From contig JALHOH010000001.1 in the NCBI GenBank assembly GCA_022843095.1, positions 180,001 to 212,000 on the forward strand: DNA of 32,000 bases, written 5' to 3'. Below the pieces are notes generated by a model, which was given only the letters and a program-made list of their open reading frames with translations, ran no database searches and was not told where the DNA came from. The stretch comes from Candidatus Saccharimonadota bacterium. Lineage in GTDB: Bacteria > Patescibacteriota > Patescibacteriia > 2-12-FULL-60-25. Position 1 is the stretch's first letter. The number at the start of each line of letters is the position of its first letter. The position numbers and the translations under genes are program-made. Below are positions 27,181 to 32,000 of the stretch, piece by piece.

Positions 27181-27222
27181 AAAATTAGTCTTATGTTTCA
27201 CGTGAAACATAAGACTAATTTT
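27181..27222. promoter_or_regulatory. parS: parS site 4 embedded in a 42-bp perfect palindrome
   Basis: AAAATTAGTCTTATGTTTCAC|GTGAAACATAAGACTAATTTT. Both arms checked base by base. Confidence 0.85.
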
Positions 27223-27457
27223 TGTAGTGTTCTGAGTGGTTTGTTAGCTCGCATGACTGATGCCTTTGCAGGTTCATTGTCGGCCTTCATGTAACCGGTC
27301 CAACGGTGTATTGAGAGTAAGTGATCCGGCGCTTAGTGAGTTTCGAATGTTTTTGGAATCGTGCGGTTTGAATTGTGGGGTTTGTCGTTCTGTGGTTTTT
27401 GATGGGAAGTGAATTTGTATATTTATCGTGTCTACGGATCAACTGAGTCATAAGCAA

Positions 27458-27475
27458 ATGTTTCACGTGAAACAT
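27458..27475. promoter_or_regulatory. parS: parS site 5
   Basis: Identical 18-mer. The right flank AAGACTATTTTT resembles the right arm of site 4. Confidence 0.85.
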
Positions 27476-27486
27476 AAGACTATTTT

Positions 27487-27633
27487 TGTGGATAAGTCGT
27501 GAATGAAAATGGATGTTTTCGTCTAGATGGAAAATGGAGTCGCGAGTGAAATGGGCATGATTCATATGGATAAATGATAATTAGGAGTCTGACTCGTACA
27601 GAGAGAAATGGATGTGGATAACACTGTAGATAA
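27487..27633 (-). promoter_or_regulatory. DnaA-box cluster (candidate oriC core)
   Basis: On the + strand: TGTGGATAA 27487-27495 (9/9), TATGGATAA 27565-27573 (8/9), TGTGGATAA 27613-27621 (9/9), TGTAGATAA 27625-27633 (8/9). All are in the same orientation (TTATCCACA on the minus strand). AT-rich DNA lies at 27660-27740 and 26975-27035. Confidence 0.6.
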
Positions 27634-27836
27634 CGAAAAGAAGCTGTTCAGATCAGGAAAAGGAGTCATCAGGTTCTATTTTTCTCTAGAAATAAACAAA
27701 TAATATACGAATAAAATATTTTACGACACAATAGGACGAATTGTGAAAAGAAAGATCCTAGGAGAGCTACTAAAACTTTCTAGAGGAGCACGCCGTAGAA
27801 CTCGTGAGCGGTGAAGTCGCGTGTTATACTTTATGC

Positions 27837-28754
27837 ATGCGAATCCCGTACGTGTTTATCGTTCTCCTCGGTTTCCTACCGTTCTCCTTTGCGGTAGCGG
27901 GCATGAGCAGTGTGAATTATCAGATTGACTGGGATAATTTTAATGCGGGTGGATTGGATGCTTCTTCGAGCACGAATTACTCGATGCTGGATACGATCGG
28001 CGATAACGCATCTGGGACTAGTACGAGTGCAAGTTATCAACTATCTGCTGGATATCGAGGGATTGAGGATCAGTCGAGTTTAAGTTTTATTGTAATCACA
28101 CAGGCAAATGGAACGCAGGTGACGTACAGCGCATTTTCAAGCGGTGGAGAAACGGTCACGGTGAGTTCTGCCGCCGGATTTTCGGTGGGTGACTATCTCG
28201 TGGCGGTAGAAAATAAGGGATTTTCTCAGGATATCGCCATGGGAAAAATCACAGACATCTCAGGAAATGTGATTACGGTTGATTATTGGTCGGGAGATCA
28301 TCCCCAGATGAGCGCAGTTCCCGCAGGTGGAAATGACTACGTCTATAAGTTAAGCGGTGTTTCTGCAGAAATGGGGACGGTGACGCAGGGGACGGAGAAT
28401 ACCACGGTCACGATGGCATCCGTTCTTTCAACGGGTTCGACGGGGTACACTGTTTACGCGCATGTGAACCATGCGTTGCAAACCGTGGGTGCGCAGACCA
28501 TCGCGAATGTGGCAGATAGTTTAGTTTCTGTAGGTTCTGAAGAATACGGTGTTGCCACGACGGGGACATCTGCTCTCATGACCGGATCAGACTTTCCGCT
28601 CACAACCTCGCAGCAGGCAATACAAAATCGCGCGAGTGCTACGCCAAACGTAGCGGATCGAATGGGAGTGATCTACAAGTTATCCGTTTCCGCTGCAACG
28701 CAGGCGGGGACGTATACGCAAGACGTCACCTACACACTCACGGTTAATTACTAG
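27837..28754 (+). CDS. secreted protein of unknown function (triple S-x-N/S-Y repeat, pilin/WxL-like C-terminal strand)
   Basis: From ATG 27837: MRIPYVFIVLLGFLPFSFAVAG signal peptide. The track start, GTG 27804, is possible but adds a non-signal-like 11 aa. Ser/Thr/Gly-rich beta-type composition. Ends AGTYTQDVTYTLTVNY. Confidence 0.75.
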   Translation: MRIPYVFIVLLGFLPFSFAVAGMSSVNYQIDWDNFNAGGLDASSSTNYSMLDTIGDNASGTSTSASYQLSAGYRGIEDQSSLSFIVITQANGTQVTYSAFSSGGETVTVSSAAGFSVGDYLVAVENKGFSQDIAMGKITDISGNVITVDYWSGDHPQMSAVPAGGNDYVYKLSGVSAEMGTVTQGTENTTVTMASVLSTGSTGYTVYAHVNHALQTVGAQTIANVADSLVSVGSEEYGVATTGTSALMTGSDFPLTTSQQAIQNRASATPNVADRMGVIYKLSVSAATQAGTYTQDVTYTLTVNY

Positions 28755-28756
28755 GT

Positions 28757-29695
28757 ATGCGCTTCTTTTGGCTTTTGCTTACGGTGGCCTTTGTCGGATT
28801 TCCGCGTATTTCTGAAGCGTTTACCATGTCGCCGACGATGCTGGATGTGTTGGTCCAGCCCGGGGCATCTGCGTCGGCGTATGTCACGATTGGGAATGAT
28901 GAGCGTGAGCCTGCTACGTACTATCTGAGTGTCCAAAAATTTGTTCCAAACGGTGACCAAGGGCAGCAGGAGTTCTTACCACCCACAGAAAAAAGCGGTT
29001 TACCTTCATGGGTGCAGCTCGATCGGGTGAGTGTGACGCTACGACCGGGAGAAATTCGTCGCGTTCCGTTTGAGGTGAAGGTTCCGGCAGGTACACAGCC
29101 GGGCGGATACTACGGTGTTCTGTTCTTTTCAAATGTTCCGCCGGGCTCAAATGCAGACCAATCCATCGTCGCCGGGTCGCGTGCGGGGATGTTGTTATTT
29201 GTTACGGTAAAGGGGGCAATTATTGAAGAAAGTGAGTTGCAAACATTTGAAGTGGATCACATGTGGACCAACCGTTTACCGGTTCTTTTTACGTCTGTTT
29301 TACAGAATAAAGGGAATGCATTTCTGATCCCGCAAGGGTCTGTGACGGTGAAGAATCTCTTTGGACAAACCGTTGCTCAGTTACCATTTAATCCAGAATA
29401 CAAGCGCGTTCTCCCAAATTCGGGTCGTCGTTATACGCAAGCATGGGCAAAACGTACCCCGGAAAATGGTGGGGGATTTTGGTATGAATTAAGCGAGGAA
29501 TGGAAGAATTTTGCATTCGGACGCTATCGTGCGGAATTGCGTATCGTAGGACAAAGCGCAGGAACCATGCATCGAGCAGAAACCGTTATTTACGTGTTTC
29601 CTTGGCGTCTGATGTTGGTCGCAGGTTTCCTGACGGTGTTAATCAGTGTTCCACTTGTGCGGGCACGGCGTGATGCGCGTGCACGGTCGAGCTGA
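28757..29695 (+). CDS. signal-peptide, C-terminally TM-anchored two-domain surface protein (DUF916/DUF3324-like architecture)
   Basis: 312 aa. Signal MRFFWLLLTVAFVGFPRISEA. Ig-like-looking domain patterns (LDVLVQPGASASAYVTIGNDEREPATYYLSVQKF, VSVTLRPGEIRRVPFEVKVPAGTQPGGYYGVLFF). C-terminal TM WRLMLVAGFLTVLISVPLV plus a basic tail RARRDARARSS. Starts 2 nt after the previous stop. Confidence 0.75.
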   Translation: MRFFWLLLTVAFVGFPRISEAFTMSPTMLDVLVQPGASASAYVTIGNDEREPATYYLSVQKFVPNGDQGQQEFLPPTEKSGLPSWVQLDRVSVTLRPGEIRRVPFEVKVPAGTQPGGYYGVLFFSNVPPGSNADQSIVAGSRAGMLLFVTVKGAIIEESELQTFEVDHMWTNRLPVLFTSVLQNKGNAFLIPQGSVTVKNLFGQTVAQLPFNPEYKRVLPNSGRRYTQAWAKRTPENGGGFWYELSEEWKNFAFGRYRAELRIVGQSAGTMHRAETVIYVFPWRLMLVAGFLTVLISVPLVRARRDARARSS

Positions 29696-29713
29696 TCAGG
29701 GTACACTACGCTC

Positions 29714-32000
29714 ATGCGTACGGGACGATTTGTTGCAGCCTTGTTGTGGTCATTTTTTGGTATTGCCATGGTGTTTGCCTCTGCGCTCGCGGCAACGCTC
29801 ACCAGTCGAAGTGATACCATGACGCGCCAGCAGGTGAGTCAATCGTCCAATCATGAAATTCGGTTTACCACACCGACGGGGGTAGATGCACCCACAGATA
29901 CCATTCGGCTCTCGTTTCCGTCTTCGACGTTTTCGCTTAGCGCCATTGGTTTCGGTGACATCGATCTTTTACATGGGGCCGTGACCGGTTTTGAAACGAG
30001 CGAAACATTGGGCGCAACAGCGGCGGCGGGCGTGTGGGGCGTCGCAACGACCTCGCAGACGATTGTTTTTACCCCACCCACGAATGCAGCTCTTGGAGAA
30101 ATCGCGGCCTCGGCAAAGGTCGTGATTCGCATCGGGACAAATGCCTCTGGTGGCGTGGGTCAGATTGTGAATCCAAGCGGATCCGGTAGATTTACCATTT
30201 CTATTGATGGGGGGTTTGGGGATGTGGGAGGCATCGAAGTGCCGATTGTTTCTGGAGACACGGCCGCAGTGTCTGCCACCATCCCTGCAGCAGGAGGTGG
30301 GGGCGGCGGCGGAGGGGGTGGCGGCGGCGCTCCAATTCCAGGAGATACGACAGCACCGCTTATTTCGAATATTCGCGCAGAAGCAATTACGACCTCATCC
30401 GTTCAGATTGCCTGGGATACCGATGAAGCGTCTGACACGAAGGTGGAGTTCGGGATGACGGTCGGGTATGAGCTTGGTGCATCTTCTACGTCGGGTTTGG
30501 TGACCGCGCATCGTATTTGGTTGTCGAACCTGAATCCGAGCACCGTCTATCACTTTCGCGTTTCCTCCAAAGATGCGCAGGCAAACACGGCAACGTCGGC
30601 GGATCAGGTCTTCACGACGCTCGCTATTCCGGCCCCTCCGGTTCTTTCGAATATCCGCGTTCAATCGCTGACCGATGTGTCTGCGGTGGTATTGTGGGAT
30701 ACGGATATTCCCGCGACGACCCGTCTTGAATACGGCCGCGTTGTTCCATACAGCGCAGAGCAATCGATCGCCGGGACACGTACCAGTCACGCGGTGCCAC
30801 TGTCGGGATTGCTTCCTGGAACGACCTATCAGTTTCGTGTTAGCGGGACCAGTACAGCCGCGCTTTTTTCTCAATCGGCAAATCAAACCTTCACAACAGT
30901 GACGGATACCACCCCACCCGCGAATGTGAGTGGACTCGCGGCGTCACCGGGAGACGGGGTTGTGAAATTAACCTGGGTCAATCCGACTGATCCGGATTTT
31001 TCTCGTGTCATCATCGTTGCGCGCACGGATCGCTCGCCCACCGGAATCGCGGATGGACGCGTGGTCTATTCTGGGAATGCCTCGACCGTGACAGACAGCG
31101 GGTTGATTAATGGAGTCACGCAGTTCTATGCCGTGTTCGCCCAGGACGACAAAGGGAATGCGTCGAGCGGTGCTCTGGTTGATGCGACCCCGGTTGGACC
31201 ACCAGCCCCGCCACCAGTGCCGCCTGTTTTGCCTCCACCAGTTCCGGTTCCGACCCCAACGCCCACCCCCGCGCCCCCGAGTGGTCCGGGAGGGACGGTG
31301 ATCACGCCACAGCCGACGCCTGCACCGACACCAGCCCCGACCCCAACGCCTGCACCATCTCCTGCACCAACTCCAACGCCAGCTCCGATCCCGGAACCCA
31401 CGCCAACCCCGACGCCAGAACCGACACCGGATCCAACCCCCATTCCGGTTCCAACGCCAGGCGGGGAGATCGTTCGGATTCAGCCTCAATTTTCCGTTCC
31501 AAATAGCCCTCTTCTTCTTCAGCCAGGAACAACGGGTGAAGTAACTCTGCTTTTTGGGAAGCCTGTCTCAATTTCCGTCCCATCTGCCGGTTTGCCGTCT
31601 CTGCCTGTGCGCGGAGAGATTCAGTTTGGTCGAGATCGGTACGCGCTGACCCCTAGCCCATTAAGTGGTGCGTTCTCCGCCGTGTTTGTCCCGTCGTCGA
31701 TGGGAGCGGTTTCCGCAACGGTTCGGGTGTATTTTACAAACGGCGCGGAAGCGGTCACAACGATTCCGACACGCGTGATTGCGCAGGGCGTGGTACGAGA
31801 GGCCTCTTTGGCGGGTGAAGGTGCACTGATCGCGGATGCAACGGTCACGCTCTACGATGAAGCGGGTCGCGTTTGGAATGCGCGTGCATTTGGCCAACAG
31901 AATCCGGTGGTAACGGGGAAGGAAGGGGTGTTTGGTTGGTATGCGCCGACCGGAGCCTATCGCGTGGTGGCATCGAAGAATGGGTATCAGTTGCAAGAGA
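29714..32000 (+). CDS. large secreted surface protein, 3'-truncated by the window (N-terminal domain, poly-Gly, 3 FN3-like repeats, Pro/Thr linker, CarboxypepD_reg-like region)
   Basis: Not in the ORF track. I translated frame +2 codon by codon from ATG 29714 to 31999 and found no stop (over 762 codons). Signal [28 protein letters not shown]3-type repeats such as [31 protein letters not shown]...[10 protein letters not shown]. All minus-strand track ORFs here are shadows. Confidence 0.85.
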   Translation, partial: MRTGRFVAALLWSFFGIAMVFASALAATLTSRSDTMTRQQVSQSSNHEIRFTTPTGVDAPTDTIRLSFPSSTFSLSAIGFGDIDLLHGAVTGFETSETLGATAAAGVWGVATTSQTIVFTPPTNAALGEIAASAKVVIRIGTNASGGVGQIVNPSGSGRFTISIDGGFGDVGGIEVPIVSGDTAAVSATIPAAGGGGGGGGGGGGAPIPGDTTAPLISNIRAEAITTSSVQIAWDTDEASDTKVEFGMTVGYELGASSTSGLVTAHRIWLSNLNPSTVYHFRVSSKDAQANTATSADQVFTTLAIPAPPVLSNIRVQSLTDVSAVVLWDTDIPATTRLEYGRVVPYSAEQSIAGTRTSHAVPLSGLLPGTTYQFRVSGTSTAALFSQSANQTFTTVTDTTPPANVSGLAASPGDGVVKLTWVNPTDPDFSRVIIVARTDRSPTGIADGRVVYSGNASTVTDSGLINGVTQFYAVFAQDDKGNASSGALVDATPVGPPAPPPVPPVLPPPVPVPTPTPTPAPPSGPGGTVITPQPTPAPTPAPTPTPAPSPAPTPTPAPIPEPTPTPTPEPTPDPTPIPVPTPGGEIVRIQPQFSVPNSPLLLQPGTTGEVTLLFGKPVSISVPSAGLPSLPVRGEIQFGRDRYALTPSPLSGAFSAVFVPSSMGAVSATVRVYFTNGAEAVTTIPTRVIAQGVVREASLAGEGALIADATVTLYDEAGRVWNARAFGQQNPVVTGKEGVFGWYAPTGAYRVVASKNGYQLQE

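Noticed and set aside
27097-27222. The long inverted repeats could be the ends of a MITE or IS element.
   Set aside because: There is no transposase and no target-site duplication that I could see. The palindrome centre is the parS core itself, so extended parS cassettes are the simpler reading.
26580-27475. Repeated identical 18-mers could be a CRISPR array.
   Set aside because: The spacings are irregular (64 to 456 bp). The repeat is a short perfect palindrome, much shorter than typical CRISPR repeats, and it matches parS exactly. No cas genes are present.
27287-27565. 92-aa minus-strand ORF in the island (contains MFHVKH).
   Set aside because: It reads through parS site 5, since the palindrome translates as MFHVKH on both strands. 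Its composition is low-complexity and Lys/His/Thr-rich, and it has no SD. It is an artefact of AT-rich DNA.
26760-27836. An AT-rich segment downstream of tRNA-Ala could be an integrated genomic island or prophage.
   Set aside because: There is no integrase. I found no direct repeat of the tRNA-Ala 3' end within the window. The content is cis-acting chromosome-maintenance sites (parS, DnaA boxes) rather than mobile-element genes. I cannot exclude that the downstream surface-protein cluster was acquired horizontally.
29693-29716. Genes B and C are in the same frame, separated by one TGA plus 6 codons. This could indicate stop-codon read-through or UGA recoding (code 4 or 25).
   Set aside because: TGA terminates other well-conserved genes here at the expected lengths (nfo, rnpA, the first ORF). 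B ends with a TM anchor plus a basic tail, and C begins with its own signal peptide, so two separate genes are the better model.
30293-30328. The Gly-codon run (GGN x12) could be a slipped-strand phase-variation tract.
   Set aside because: The codons are mixed (gga ggt ggg ggc ...). It is therefore not a pure mono- or trinucleotide repeat, and any length change would stay in frame. A flexible linker is more likely.

Overview
This window looks like an origin-proximal, housekeeping stretch of a fairly GC-rich bacterial chromosome using the standard genetic code. TGA works as a stop, and gene lengths are normal.

Genes recognised from conserved motifs, left to right:
- Partial hypothetical ORF, followed by a possible small membrane ORF and a terminator.
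- Minus-strand run: RodZ-like HTH membrane protein, ftsK, recA, a secreted M23 peptidase, a short comEC, a UDP-glucose 6-dehydrogenase, a NUDIX hydrolase and ychF.
- Plus-strand group: a small hypothetical gene, tig, nfo and a DUF167/yggU gene.
- The classical yidD-rnpA-rpmH / dnaA-dnaN divergent arrangement.
- A class A PBP, a 3D-domain protein, tRNA-Cys, polA, a holA-like gene, rpsT, tRNA-Arg(CCU) and tRNA-Ala(CGC).

The two most interesting regions are at the right end.

1. About 26.76-27.83 kb is a roughly 1.1 kb AT-rich island with no convincing ORF.
- It carries five perfect copies of the parS centromere palindrome (TGTTTCACGTGAAACA core). One copy sits inside a 42-bp perfect palindrome.
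- It also carries a same-orientation cluster of DnaA boxes, two of them perfect TGTGGATAA and two matching 8/9, next to very AT-rich DNA.
- I read this as a combined centromere and candidate oriC, about 10-12 kb away from dnaA.
- The dnaA-dnaN spacer has only degenerate, C-rich DnaA-like boxes.

2. 27.84 kb to the window end is a three-gene cluster of signal-peptide proteins with no assigned function.
- The first is a secreted protein with a triple S-x-(N/S)-Y repeat and a pilin/WxL-like terminal strand.
- The second is a two-domain, C-terminally membrane-anchored protein with DUF916/DUF3324-like architecture.
- The third is over 760 aa, with FN3-like repeats, a poly-Gly run and a Pro/Thr linker. 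It is missing from the supplied ORF track because it runs off the window.
- This is my best candidate for an undescribed cell-surface assembly system.

Many long ORFs in the track are Arg-rich antisense or out-of-frame shadows typical of GC-rich DNA, and I discounted them.
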